Origin: Flaccisagitta enflata
Taxonomy: Eukaryota
Reading direction: 5' to 3'
DNA length: 64,000 nt
Assembly (NCBI GenBank): GCA_965153355.1
Contig: OZ231126.1
Span: 30,318,001 to 30,382,000 of the forward strand
Notes under the pieces: generated by a model
The model's input: the letters and a program-made list of their open reading frames with translations, nothing else
What the model was told of the DNA's origin: nothing
Database searches by the model: none
In this document: piece by piece, positions 1 to 12,664 of the stretch
Position numbering within the stretch: position 1 is the stretch's first letter
Layout of the letters: every line of letters begins with the position of its first letter
Translations under genes and position numbers: made by a program

Positions 1-96
1 TCTTCATGAATATGGAAGACAAAATCAAGACGTCAGAAGTAGAAAAAACATCGCCAGCTGCAATCATGAATGAAAATGCTGTTTGAGTCCCAGTAC

Positions 97-553
97 TTTT
101 TAGTCGCGTGCACGCGACTCTAAACCTTGCCGTGCCGGTTGGCAGGTTGGTAGGTCGGTAGGTCGGTCCATAACATTTTTAAAATTATGACTTTTTAAGG
201 TTTTTTAAGGTAATTTAAGGTACTATAGGGTATTTCAGGGTACTTTAGGGTACTTCAGGGTACTTTAGGGTACTTAAGTTATTCTAGGTACTTAAACCTA
301 AAACCTAGGGTATTTTCAGATATTTTTGGGCACTTTTAGGTATTTTTGAGTATTCTTGGATATTTTTTGGTATTTTTAGGTATTTTTTGGGTATGTTTGG
401 GTATTTTCGGTATTGTATTGTATCGATATATTTTTGATATCGTATCGATATTGTACCGACATTCTATCAATACATATTGCGCGGCCTTGGGGTAGGAACT
501 CTTTTGTTTGTCATTTCCAGACGCATGCGACTGTTGCCCTCTTGGGCTTGTTT
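97..553 (+). mobile_element. Non-autonomous Helentron-like element (HINE), family A, with internal ~10-bp tandem repeats
   Basis: 5' T-run + hairpin AGTCGCGTGCACGCGACT, GGTC/GGTA microsatellite, gggtacttta-like repeats (~220-410), 3' subterminal IR gcatgcgact, hairpin gccc-tctt-gggc, then TTGTTT. Confidence 0.75.
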
Positions 554-687
554 CTGGTGTACTACACTTCCTCAATTATAAGACCTGGGACTTAGAAACC
601 TTCTTTTTTTCGTTTGTTTGCTGGTTTGTTCATTCGTTAGTTAGTTAGCCTGTTAGTTCATTCGTTTGTTCTTTGGTTCATTCATAT

Positions 688-809
688 ATTTTTAGATGCG
701 TCATCGCATCTCTATGAGAGGTTCTGTCCGTCCGTCCGTCCGTCCGTCCGTTACGCCTCTTCTGATATCACGCAGATGACGCATCGAGTTGCCCGCCTGG
801 GCTTGTTTT
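688..809 (+). mobile_element. HINE family B (AGATGCG...CGCATCT hairpin)
   Basis: TTTT-AGATGCGTCATCGCATCT-ctatgagagg, (GTCC)n, 3' subterminal IR gatgacgcatc (reverse complement of gatgcgtcatc), hairpin gccc-gcct-gggc, TTGTTTT. Confidence 0.8.
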
Positions 810-1749
810 CGTTTATAAATTGTTTGTTCGTTCATTTGTTTATTGATTGTAAGGTCTTTTGCTCGTTTGGTTGTTTATTCCTTAGATCGGTCATCTTTTT
901 AAAGAGGGAAGCATTCAAAGAAACACGACTGCGTGCATCACGCAATGACGTGAGCGTGGACAGGGGCGCTGAGGTAAAATATATGCAACGGGCTTTCATG
1001 CACAAACTCCCCGTTTTTATACCCCCTTCCCCCTTCCAAAAAAACAAAATCAAAGAGGAAAAATAGCGCTGATGCTGAATGCGGATATCTCAACTTTTTT
1101 ATGCGCGTTCTCCCATATCTATAAGAGGTCATGTCTATCCATTGGTAGGTCGATCGGTCGGTCGGTTGGTCCGTCACGCTTACATTTAAACCGTTCAAAA
1201 CCGCGTCTTTCTTCTACATCTGTGACCTCACTCGCCTTCTTTCTTTCATTTTCATTCAGACATTCTTTCATTCATTCATTGACGTATTCATCAAAAACGT
1301 TCATTCATTCGAAACGTCCATTCACACGTTTAATCAGCGAGGCGCACATATTGGCCCAGTGGCCATAACATGGCCTTGTTTCTCTAGCAAGAAAGAGGAA
1401 TCAATACCCAGAGATAAGAGTCGTCGTCGTAATGAGAGAGTGAATTGAAAATCCACAACTGATGAGTGAATCAAGAGTGATATTGACAGAGATAACACGA
1501 AAATAAGATTGGAAGGGTTGAATGTGCATTGGCAAGTCATTCTGCAGATCAGAGATAGTCTGCCATGAAATCCTTTTTCTGTTTCTTTGATTCCTTCTTT
1601 AGTTCTTTTTTTTTATTATTCTTTGATTATTTTTTTGATTCTGTCTTTGATTCTTCGTTCCTTTTCTTTTCTTTTTTGATATTTGTTTCTGTGATGCTTG
1701 ATTTGAATTTTTTCTTCTGTTTTTACCTCTCGTTGTTTCTTGGTATATT

Positions 1750-1793
1750 GCTTTCTTTCTTTCTTTTATTCTTTCTTTCTTTCTTTCTGTTTT

Positions 1794-1885
<92 letters not shown>

Positions 1886-1895
1886 TTCTTTCTTT
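1750..1895. repeat. (CTTT)n microsatellite
   Basis: Direct reading. Confidence 0.95.
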
Positions 1896-2191
1896 CTACT
1901 CTTTTTTCCAGACTTAATTCAATAGAAACGGAAACCAATATTTGCGATTTTTCCTTTTGCTTTGCATTCTTGTTTTTCTTTTGCGTTTGCTTTCAGGTTT
2001 TCTCTCAACTTTTTAGTTTAAATCCTTTTATACTTTTTATGTTCTTCTTTTATGTTCCTGTTTCTTTTGATGTCTTTTTTTTCTAGTTGCTTTATTGTCG
2101 ATAAAAGATGTGCTGTCCTTACTCAAGAAGTCAAGTACAGTCACTTGAACTAGTGAACTTTCCTCACATTCACTTTCATGATAATAAACTA

Positions 2192-2336
2192 CAGTTAAAT
2201 CCAGCAATAAAGGATGTCAAAAAATTAAAAAATTTCATCTGTAATTGGCAGAGTAGGAAATGAACAGACAAATGATTTATCTCTGTTATTAGCGGATTTC
2301 TGTTATCAATGGGACCGTTAAAACGGATGTTAACTG
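2192..2336. mobile_element. Short pogo/Tigger-like MITE
   Basis: TA|CAGTTAAATCC ... GGATGTTAACTG|TG; imperfect CAGT..ACTG termini; right TA is mutated. Confidence 0.5.
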
Positions 2337-2835
2337 TGCATGATTTATGAATAAGATATCGTTGACCACTTTATTAGCAGCAGCGAGAAAGAAAGAGAGT
2401 AAGAAAAGTAAGAATGGAAGTACAACAAGAAACCCGGGCCCAGCCCACCCCGGGTTGCAACACCTAGTCGCGTGCGGTTAGCCAGGGGCGGAATGAGCAT
2501 TTGCATTCTCATTAACTCGAGTCTTCAGGGACGAATGCAATGGTTGGATGGATGGACGGACCGACTGATCCTCGTATAGATTTGCAAGATGGGCGACTAG
2601 AATCTTACAGGAAGGTAAAATCTTTTTTTTGTATCCTGGAGACATCTGGATATATATCCGAGGGTATTTATTTTTAAACGAAAGGTTTTAGCCAAAGAGT
2701 GGGTATCTTTTATGTCGACAAACGAAAACTGCTTTGAAAAAGGAAAACAAAGAAAATCTTTACTTAGAATTCCAACTTTTTGAGAAGAAAGAAAAAAGAT
2801 CAAACTTTATTTCAGTGAAACTCTGAACGCGTCGG

Positions 2836-2884
<49 letters not shown>

Positions 2885-3076
2885 CCGATAGACACTCACA
2901 CAGACGGAGCTAAAAGAAAAACCATAAAATTCACGGAAGGAGGGGGGAAAATCTGAGATACCCCGAAAAAAGCTTCTAAAACCAGAAAATGAAAGGAAAC
3001 GTTTTTTTTGGTAATATTTTCTCTCGTTGAAAAAAAAGGAAAAAAAAACTAACGTGAAAAGCGAGGAGCCGGCGGA

Positions 3077-3106
<30 letters not shown>

Positions 3107-3107
<1 letters not shown>

Positions 3108-3263
3108 ACAAGGCCGGATATACGGCCATCAGTTGCGGACGGGTGGGCAGGGGCGGAAATGCACGTTTTCCCACTTTTCGACTCGATGATTACGGACCAA
3201 CGGACCGACGGACCGACGGACGGACAAAGCCTCTTATAGAGTTGCGTGTCCGCAACTAAAAAA
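3107..3263 (-). mobile_element. HINE family A2 (AGTTGCGGACACGCAACT hairpin)
   Basis: On minus strand: TTTT-agttgcggacacgcaact-ctataagagg, (GTCC)n, subterminal IR gtccgcaact, hairpin ggccg-tatatc-cggcc, TTGTT. Confidence 0.85.
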
Positions 3264-3850
3264 GACCCTAAGACGATCGAACTGGCTGACAGAGAACAAC
3301 GTTGAGATGAGATTTGAGCCTTGAGACTGAGACTTGATTTTCGAAGCATATATTTGAGCCCAAAAGCTTGGATTTGAGCCTCGAGGCTGGGATCTGAGCC
3401 TCGGTGCGAGGCTGGGATTTGGGCGTTGTGGAATGGATTTCCGCCGCGACGACACTCGGGTGCGTTAACCAAAGATACAAACCCCCTGACAAACTGACCA
3501 ACTGACAAACTGACAAAACTGACAAATTGATAAGCTGACAAACTGACCAGTACCAACTAATGAAAACAGGGTGTCAGTATGACATGTAAGCTGAGAGCGA
3601 TTAGACGGACAAAGACAAGACAAAATCTGGGACAAAGAAAAATAGACGAAGCTCAAAGATCTACAACAGGAGGAAAGAAGAAGGCGAAAGTCTTTGAGGG
3701 ATCAGATTTGAAAGATGAGATAAGAAGGAAAAAAAAGAACGGTGATGGATTTTGATGATCCAACTGATAGCCAACAAAGGGCACAAAGATCCTGATGCGT
3801 GAATTAGTATCATGGTTGGATCATCTGATAAATTAACAGACATGCCCATA

Positions 3851-4280
3851 CACTTTTCTTTTACAAGAGACCAGTTTATAAGAGACATGAGCCTGAGATT
3901 TGCCGAAATTTCAAGAACAAAATAAGAGAATGCCCAGGCTGAGATTCAGCTTCGGCCATTTTCGAAAACAATTTTATTCAAGTTTCTTATCTAAAAAATG
4001 AATTTAATTCAAATTTTTCAGAAATATAGGTTGTTTATCTTTAAAAATAACTTCTTTTCTTAGTTTGCCTATGAAATCAGGCATCATATTAAAAAAGAAT
4101 ATAACAATTATCAAGTTTAAGATACAACTGCCCAAAATAAGGTATTCTTATACAATTTAGACATTTATGAACATCGAACAAATTAAGAACATTTTAAAAG
4201 AAATTCAAGCTGAAAACAGACGAAAATTTAAGAACACCCAGGCTGAGTTCAAAAACACTGTCTCTTATATAAAAAAAGTG
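3851..4280. mobile_element. Tc1/mariner-type MITE (TA TSD); second copy at 40894-41724
   Basis: TA|CACTTTTCTTTTACAAGAGAC ... GTCTCTTATATAAAAAAAGTG|TA; internal similarity to 40894-41724. Confidence 0.8.
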
Positions 4281-5033
4281 TACGTGTTACGTAAAACCTT
4301 GCGACAACGCATCCGCCAGTATTGGAAATCTGTATTTCTTTAGTGTTGGCGTTTACAGCTAGCTAGGAATAATAAATGAAGTTTGATTAAGTTATTGATG
4401 ACTTTAGTTAATTTAGACTTTTCGGTAATAAACTTGATTGTGTTCCTCGTAATGATAATGACTCTTCCTATTCAATAACTATTCCTTTATTGACATGACA
4501 GAAGTTATATTAAGGAACTCCCATTAACAATCATTTTGAGTAATAAACAATTTTCTTTGTGATAAAGGAATTATTGCAATTCAATGAAAAAAAAACTAGA
4601 AATTTGTCCTCATCGTGGGTATATTTCTACTGCTTGCGTATTCCTCAATAATTTGCGTGTTTTTTTAAAAACGATTGTAATCCCAAGCTTCACTATCAAA
4701 ATTTGAGAGTCTGGCAATGATTAACATATAATTACATGTAATTATGCACTCTCAGACTTAAAAGATTAACAGTATCCATGTAATAGGCAAATATTAGCAA
4801 GTATCAGGTGTTCCATGGGCAAACTCATGCCCCGAGATTCTTCCTCAAATGACTTGATGTGGTATAACGCAAAAAATAATGCTAAAGATGGTTTCATTTT
4901 GTAGCAAGACGAGTGAAACTCCTACGTTAAAAAGTTCGGGCAAAATTTTTTTATTTGGCAAAAATTCTCTTTCTTAACCACAACAAGAAAAGGAATTTTA
5001 CGATTAGAAAAAAAAAAGTGAAAAACTGAAATA

Positions 5034-5245
5034 GGGCGCGTTTCTGGTGAACATGAAAACGCGTTCGTTCTTATTGAATGCATTTACAGCGTGAACATAT
5101 ATTTATCAATTTCATTGTCCAATGAGGGAGTGAGTGAAGTGAGTGAGTGAGCCTGTGAGCGGAGCGAGCGGTGCAAGCGAACAAATGTAGCGAGCGACCG
5201 AGTGGCCCGTTAAAAACGCGATTGTCTGCGACTAGAAACGCTCCC
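5034..5245 (-). mobile_element. PIF/Harbinger-type MITE (3-bp TSD ATA)
   Basis: ata|GGGCGCGTTTCTGG ... CTAGAAACGCTCCC|ata; same family as 9890-10165 in the opposite orientation (strand is arbitrary). Confidence 0.8.
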
Positions 5246-5417
5246 ATAGTCAATTCTTGGACTCATGATCAAATGAATCATCAAAATGTCAGAAATTATC
5301 AATATTCGATGGAGCAACTCAACTGTATTTTGTTCTGTTTAATGATGACGGTAATCTGTATCTATCATTCCGGTTGATCAAAGAGCATCGCACTTTAACA
5401 CTTAATAATCAAGGTTC

Positions 5418-5607
5418 TGGTCGTGTGCTACGCGACTCTACACCCCGCTTTGTCGGTCCGTCTGTACGTCCGTTCGTCAAACTTAACTTTTTTTGTTTTT
5501 TTGCGGTCTTTGGCCTCACTGCTCCTGCCCAAGTGATCAAGTGACCTCAAATGCAGCCCCTGCCCACCCGCACGCGACTTAAATAGCCGTGTATCCGGCC
5601 TTGTTTT
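5418..5607 (+). mobile_element. HINE family A (5' end degraded)
   Basis: gtcgtgtgctacgcgactcta ... cccacccgcacgcgact ... gccgtgtatccggccttgtttt. Confidence 0.8.
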
Positions 5608-7399
5608 CCCGTGCGCCAACGCATTGTCGATTGGTTGGTCGATTGGTTGGTCGGTTGGTCGGTCAGTTGGACGGTCGGTAAAGCATTTGTTCGACGGTTC
5701 ACAAGGCGCTCGTCCATGGCCTACCTGGCCTTGTTTACCCTCATTAGCCAAAATGTTTTTCTATTGACCACCAGCTGTCGCCGATCAAATTGTCACATGA
5801 AATATCTGATATCTAAATCAAAATGTCACATAACGTTTCTGAATTGAAATGTAAAATGACCATTCCTAATTATTATGTCTTTTGGCCCTTACCAATAAAG
5901 ATATCCTATGACCATCGACTTTCGCTAATCAAAGTGTCATTTCACCGTCCCAAATCTTTTGGTCATCGCTAATCAGCAATTCTCTCTCTGGTGCTTTGTT
6001 ACGCCTTTGACATTTTGGACGGATTTATGCGTCTGATGTCGAAAGAATAAAAGCCTCTAGGCGTGATGTCTACTTCTAACTAATACCGAAGTTAAAGTAT
6101 TGCATAATCAAATTGCAGCCATTTTCCAATGAAAAGTAGATTCTTGAAAAGATGGGGAATTACCTCTTACATTATGAGTTACAAGTTGCAAAAATGTGAC
6201 TTTTGCCCCAGTGCTACTGTATTTTATCAGTCAGGTAAAAAGTCAAAGTTAGTCTTTGACTTTTTGACATCTTTGAGAGAAATATGGTTTTCATTTTCTT
6301 ATGCAGCAGTTTTGCATCTCATCCGGCTGATTGAGGCCTCAAAAATGAAATTGATAAGGTAAGTAAATTTAATAATTCTCTTTCATTTGGGGCCAAACAG
6401 AATGATCTACAACAAGTATTTTTCGCGTCATGATTTATCAACAAAAAATTCAATTTGAATTTTTTTTGATTTTATATGATTTTAAGTAGGATTGATAAAG
6501 CACAAAGTAATTAACATGTGTCATAAGTTTTGAAAGAGGGTGAATTTAAATCATCTTTTTGGCGTTTTTTTTGTTCTTCACCAAAAGTATACATCATTTG
6601 AGGAAGGAATGCGCCCTTACTCAAGGAAAAAAGTGTTTATTTTTGTAGTAATATGATATTAAAATTGATAAACCGCAGTTTTGAGGAGGATTTTTGTGAG
6701 CAAAACATGTTTCAGTGAATTCCCTCTGACAGAAAAACCAGAAAGAGTTTTGTAGGTTTGAAGGTACCAAACGAAAGAGGAAGGAACGGCGAACAAACTA
6801 CAGAAAAAAAAAAGAAAAAAAAATTGTTTCTTTCTACTAATTTGAAGCTACGTTAGTTACACTTTGTCCAGTTTTGGAGCGTTTTTTTAAAAACATTTAT
6901 ACAGTTGGGGTTGAATCCCCTCACCGCGGAATTTCTAACTGATATATATGAAAGATGACCCTGCTCTCTATCCATCTTAAAAAGTCCAAGTTCCGCGGAG
7001 GGGGGATTCAAGGTGTTTTCTAATCTTAAAGACAAACTGTCATGATCAAATTTAATACTAGATTGCCCTTTTGTACATGCTTTTACCCTGCTTGAACAGC
7101 AGAGAAACAGCAGGGAAGCTGTGATTGGCTGAAACTTGGAAGATGGTAAGCTGCCATTGGCCATACTCCCATTGATCTCCATTGCTCAATCTGAAAAAAG
7201 TTGCAATATTGACATGCTGTTTTTACAATGTTACACACTTCTTTCAAACTTGAAACCTCACTCAAAGTGATATACTACCCAAATGATTTTCTTGAAAACA
7301 AAAATTGTGTCAATACTCGCCCTAGTTTAGAATTTAGCAGATGTCAGACAGAAAGCCCAAGCAAATTCCACTGTGTAAAGGAGTGTATTTATATTGGTT

Positions 7400-7800
7400 T
7401 GAGTATGCAAATACGAGAAAACATGTTTATGAGCATAGCTGCTCATCTGTGAACGTGTTCTTAATCATTTTAGCTCTTTTAGCTTATTTAGCTTAGTCTT
7501 TTTATTCTGGTTTCAAAAATAATATATGAATAAATATTCTTATACCTGTTTGAGCTAGCAGATACAAGAAAGCATGTCAGTGAGCTGAACTGCTTATCTG
7601 TGAGTGTGTTTTTTAAGTATTCTAGCTCATTTAGCTTAGTTTTTTTCTGATTTTAAATAGGATGAATAGATGAATGTATTAATTTGATCATGCAAATACA
7701 AGAAACCATATGAGTGAGCATAGCTGGTTGTCTAATTGTGTAATTTTAGTGTTTTAACTCATCTAGCTCATTTAGCTCAGTTCTATTTGTCTCTGATTTT
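7400..7800. repeat. Degenerate tandem repeat, ~3 units of ~130-150 bp
   Basis: Recurring gcaaatacaagaaa..catg..tgagc ... tagctcatttagcttagt at ~7407, ~7558 and ~7691. Confidence 0.6.
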
Positions 7801-8086
7801 CAGTGCAATCAATACATGCAATTGCTCTTGGTCTGATCTAACAAGTAAAAAAATTTGCAGTGACTGAGGACAAAAGCTTGGTGGAAAATGACCAACACTT
7901 ACAACTTTTTTCCTCACGGCGACAGCCGTCATTACTGGTAAATATTACATTATTAGAGCAACTTAAGATACTTTGCGCCTGCTTTGACGATATCAACCCT
8001 TAGTGCAGAAATCGACATCGAAATGCGAGAAAGAGCAACTTGTAAATTACTTGATCATGTCAAGTGGGTCACAAAATTGCAAAGTG

Positions 8087-9849
8087 TTTTTTTTAGTCGC
8101 GTGCACGCGACTCTACAACCCGCTCCGTCGGTCGGTCGGTCGGTCTGTCGGTCCGTAACACTTTGCTTTTTTGCGTCGTTTTTGGTCATTTTGGGTTATC
8201 TGGAGTTATTTTGAGTCATTTTTTGTTGTTTTTGGTCATTTTTGGTTGCTTTTAGTCATTTTTGGTCATTTTTGATCATTTAAGTCACTTTCTTCATTTA
8301 AGTCATATGTGTCGTTTTTGGGCATTTAAAGTAGTTTTAAGTCATCTTTAGTTATATGTGTCCCTACATTGTGTCCCGACATTGTGTCCCGACATTGTGT
8401 CCCGACATTGTGTCCCGACATTGTGTCCCGACATTGTGTCTGACATTGTGTCCGACATTGTGTCCCGACATTGTGTCGACATTGTGTCCCGACTGTGTCC
8501 GACATTGTGTCCCAATTGTGTCTTATTGTGTCCCTACATTGTGTGACATTGTGTCCCTACATTGTCCCGACATTGTGTCCTACATTGTGTCCTGACATTG
8601 TGTTTATTCATTTGACATGTGTGTCCTACATTGTGTCCCAACATTGTGTCCCATTGTGTCCCAACATTTGTGTCCTACATTGTGTCCCTACATTGTGTCC
8701 CTACATTGTGTCCCTACATTGTGTCCCTACATTGTGTCCCTACATTGTGTCCCGACATTGTGTCCCTACATTGTGTCCAACATTGTGTCCCGACATTGTG
8801 TCCCTACATTGTGTCCCTACATTGTGTCCCTATATTGTGTCCAAACATTGTCCTACATTGTGTCAAACATTGTGTCCCAACATTGTGTCCAACATTGTGT
8901 CGCAACATTGTGTGTCCCAACATTGTGTACATTGTGTCCTGACATTGTGTCGACATTGTGTCCGACATTTGTGTACCAACATTGTGTGCCAACATTGTGT
9001 CCCAACATTGTGTCATGACATTGTGTCCCGACATTTTTGTCACATTTTGCACCAACATTGTGTACCAACATTGTGTCCCGACATTTTGTCCCCACATTGT
9101 GTCCGCCATTGTGTCCCGACACTGTCTCGACATTGTGTCCTACTACTGTGTGCGTCATTTATTGTGTCTACATTGTGTCCTTACATTGTGTCCCATTGTG
9201 TCATTTTGTGTCCTACATTGTGTATTGTGTCCGACATTGTGTCTACATTGTGTCCCTACATTGTGTCCCCAACAGTGTCCCGACAGGTGTCCTGACATTG
9301 TGTCCAGCATTGTGTCCCGACATTGTGTCATTGTGTCAAGACATTGTGTTCCTACATTGTGTCCCTACATTATGTCCCTACATTGTGTCCCGACATTGTG
9401 TCCTACCTTGTGTTCGACATTGTGTCCCTACATTGTGTCCCTACATTGTGTCCCGGCATTGTGTCCCGACATTGTGTCCTACTGTGTCCGTCATTATGTC
9501 CGACATTGTGTCCTACATTGTGTCTACATTGTGTCCCTACATTGTGTCCCTACATTGTGTCCCTACATTGTGTCCCTACATTGTGTCCCTACATTGTGTC
9601 CCCATCGTGTCCTGGCATTGTGTCCCTACATTGTGTCCCGACATTGTGTCCCTACATTGTGTCCCGTCATTATGTCCCGACATTGTGTCCCGACATTGTG
9701 TCCCGACATTGTGTCCCAACATTGTGTCCCGACAGTCTGGCACCACCAGTGTGCCCAATTTATGTCTTCCTACATTGTGTCCAACATTGTCTCCTGTTTC
9801 AAAACATCCTGATAGTCAGGCAGGCACATCTTAATAGTTGACCTTGTTT
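8087..9849 (+). mobile_element. HINE family A copy expanded by internal satellite arrays
   Basis: Intact 5' end (T-run, AGTCGCGTGCACGCGACT, GGTC microsatellite), ~10-bp ttttggtcat repeats, 13-bp array, then a degenerate 3' end gttgaccttgtt resembling the 3' ends at ~41215 and ~44460. Confidence 0.6.
8356..9793. repeat. 13-bp minisatellite array (ACATTGTGTCCC[G/T])n, roughly 110 units
   Basis: Direct reading; source of the Cys/Val/Pro-rich pseudo-ORFs in all frames. Confidence 0.95.
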
Positions 9850-9889
9850 CTTTTTTGACAGGATTTGCAGTCAGTCATTCTCATTCTCA

Positions 9890-10165
9890 TGGGGCGTTTC
9901 TAGTCAGAGACAATCGCGTTTTTGATGGGCCTCTCGGTCGCTCGCTATGTTCGCTTGCTCACACTGCTTACTCCGCTCTGCAGCGCTCTGCTTCGCTACA
10001 CTTGCTTCGCTACGCTTGCTTCGCTTTACTGGTTCACTCCATTCACGGGCTCGCTCACTCACTACTCTCACTCCCTGGGACAGTGAAATTCATAAATATG
10101 AGTTCACGCTGTGAACGCATTCAATGGGAACAAACGCGTTACTCATCTTCACTAGAAACACACCC
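9890..10165 (+). mobile_element. PIF/Harbinger-type MITE (3-bp TSD TCA)
   Basis: tca|TGGGGCGTTTCTAG ... CTAGAAACACACCC|tca; internal (CGCT/CACT) repeats as in 5034-5245. Confidence 0.8.
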
Positions 10166-10663
10166 TCAGTCGTGGGTTCAAACGACGAATCGATTATTGA
10201 ATAATGGTTTGTTTCAAGGCGTAATAACGTATTTGTGGTCGATGTTAATAAATGACTCATTCGTGATTGAATGATGAGCTTTCATTCTTTGACCAGTTGA
10301 TGTTAGACTTTTTGAATAATTATGCGATGGTTCAATAACGTATTTGTGGGTTTTGAAATGATGATCTGATTTCAGATAACTGATTATTTGTTATTTTCCT
10401 TTTTTTTGGCCATTTAAAGGATCGTCTACTGAGACTCTGAGAGAAGGCATTAAAAAACGAGAGCAAGGCCGGATAAACGCTTATCGTAGCCATAAGGCTG
10501 GACACGTGTAGTGACCGTCACCGAGTGACGTACAAGGCCATTAAGATAAAAAAAAGCGACGCAAAAACCATCCATTAACGCCAAATTTTGCCGGGCGACG
10601 AACTGAGTTACTGACCCATCGATAAACGATTTATAGAATCACGTGCACGCGACTATAAGGAGA

Positions 10664-11010
10664 AACAAGGCCAGATACACGGCTACCCAAGTCGCGTGCG
10701 GGTCGGCAGGGGCCATATTTGAGCTCGCCAGAGCATTTGGGCAGGAGCAGTACGGTCAAAGAGTAAAAAACATAAAAACAAGGCCGGATACACGGCCAAT
10801 ACCAGTTGCGGACAGGTGGGCAGGGGCGGAAATGCGCGTTTTTACACTTTCCAACTCGATCACCATGACGGACGGACGGACGGACGGACAAAGCCTCTCA
10901 TAGAGTTGCGTGTCCGCAACTAAAAAGTAAAGTGTGACCGACCGACCGACCAACCAACCAACCGACCGACGGACAAAGCGGGGTGTAGAGTCGCTTAGCA
11001 CGCGACTAGA
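10664..11010 (-). mobile_element. HINE family A interrupted by a complete family A2 copy (~10777-10925)
   Basis: The outer element's halves rejoin across an A-run (cataaaa|agtaaagtgtgacc); the inner element has both ends intact. Confidence 0.85.
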
Positions 11011-11217
11011 AACACGCTTTTTCACGCGTTCATATTCGTTCTATCATTTTGATTTATGTTTGGCGAACGAAAAGGTTGAGTACGACAATGAGTCATCATT
11101 GGGCAAATACGAAAATTGATAAACAATATCGATATCGTCTGACGTGGGTGAATTCATCATTTCTTTATCAAGGATGGAAGGTGTAACGGTGCGTCCACGT
11201 CATTCCAGGTTACCCAC

Positions 11218-11793
11218 TAGAGTGGGCTCAATTTGGGCATTTGAACGAAACATTATTTCCTAGCACTTTTCATATTCCATTTGCATATTAAGAGCTCAAC
11301 AGTCTATGGACATTTTGGTATTTGTAGATATGTCAGCAGTTTGGTATATTTCAACCCGTTGAAATCTCTCCTTCTGGCATATTTCAACGGGTTGAAATCT
11401 TTCATTCTACTGATATAAATCTTGTGGAATGAGAGATTTTAACGTGTTGAAATGTGCCAAAATGAGAGATTTCAACCCGTTGAAATATGCCAGAATGAGA
11501 GATTTCACTGCTGACATATATACAAATATCAAAATGTCCATAGACTGTCAATCTGCTTGGAAAATCGATTAGGCACCACATCATCAATGCTGTAGTCCTA
11601 CAGAATGTCTGTGGGAGAAATTTCTCTCATAACTCAAGCAATCAATTCTTTACAACTACAGCATTTATGGCGTGGTTCCTAAATCAACTCCAAAATAATT
11701 TTCCAAGGAGGTTAAACTCTTATTATGCAAAAGGAATATGAAAAATGCTTGGAAATAGTGTTTTATTTGAATGCCCTAATTGAGCCCACCCTA
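11218..11793. mobile_element. hAT-type foldback MITE (8-bp TSD TTACCCAC)
   Basis: ttacccac|TAGAGTGGGCTCAATTTGGGCATT ... AATGCCCTAATTGAGCCCACCCTA|ttacccac; the arms pair over most of the element once the nested insert is removed. Confidence 0.88.
11300..11547. mobile_element. Nested palindromic MITE with 4-bp TSD (TCAA), superfamily unassigned
   Basis: tcaa|CAGTCTATGGACATTTTG ... CAAAATGTCCATAGACTG|tcaa; ~40-bp TIRs; internal tttcaacccgttgaaa repeats. Confidence 0.8.
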
Positions 11794-12326
11794 TTACCCA
11801 CAGGAAGAAGGAACAGACAGACGGTTGGACACAGCCTCTTATTGAGACGCGTAAACCCATCTCAAAAGTCAAGATGACAGTAATTTTGATTTTCAACGGT
11901 CAAAAATTAACTGCATGGTAAAACGTTGATTTCCGGTTCAAATATGCTTGTGATTTGGAGGTTTTATCTATAATGACGTGTCTGTCATTCTGATACCTGC
12001 ATTTTGTATCATCATCTCAATTCATCCTAGCTCCCACTTCCTACACCAAGCAATCATGCACATTTAGTATCCAAATGACAGACAGAAAACTGCTCATCAG
12101 TTTTGTCATGACACAGTTACACAGATTCGAAAAAACTCATCAGTGCTGGTCATCAATATAAATCATATCATTTACTTTAAGAGCAAGGATGAGCAACCGA
12201 AGTTGTTTGACCACTGACCAGGTAACAAAGAGAAAAATAGGGAGCAACTTTAAGGGGCTACTTAATTCTGACTCTTAACGCGTCGGCGTCGACAGCGCTA
12301 CAAATCATCATGCAACCTTTATATCT

Positions 12327-12453
<127 letters not shown>

Positions 12454-12534
12454 CATAAACTATCAAACGCCCTTTTCTATTGTTTCCTCCCTCAAACTTA
12501 AAGGCAAAGTAGAAATAAAGCGCCAATTGTAATC

Positions 12535-12664
12535 TTTTTAGTCGCGTGCACGCGACTCTACAACCCACTCTGTCCGTCTGTCGGTCGGTCGGTCGGTGAC
12601 ACTTTGCTTTTTCGCTGCTCCTGCCCACCCGCACGCGACTTCGGCTCGTGTATACGGCCTTGTT
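12535..12664 (+). mobile_element. Minimal HINE family A (~130 bp)
   Basis: Both termini present with a short core. Confidence 0.85.

Noticed and set aside
3107..3263. Interpreting the abundant ~150-200 bp repeats as tRNA-derived SINEs
   Set aside because: No Pol III A/B boxes or TSDs; the hairpin, subterminal IR and T-run insertion pattern fit Helentron-type elements better.
6859..8087. Possible TA-flanked TIR element (cactttgtccagttttgg ... caaaattgcaaagtg)
   Set aside because: The terminal match is too degenerate and the right TSD is obscured by a HINE; not supportable.
8356..9841. Long Cys/His/Pro-rich ORFs (up to 284 aa) resembling metallothionein or keratin-associated proteins
   Set aside because: They are translations of a 13-bp tandem repeat, open in several frames and on both strands, with a unit length not divisible by 3.
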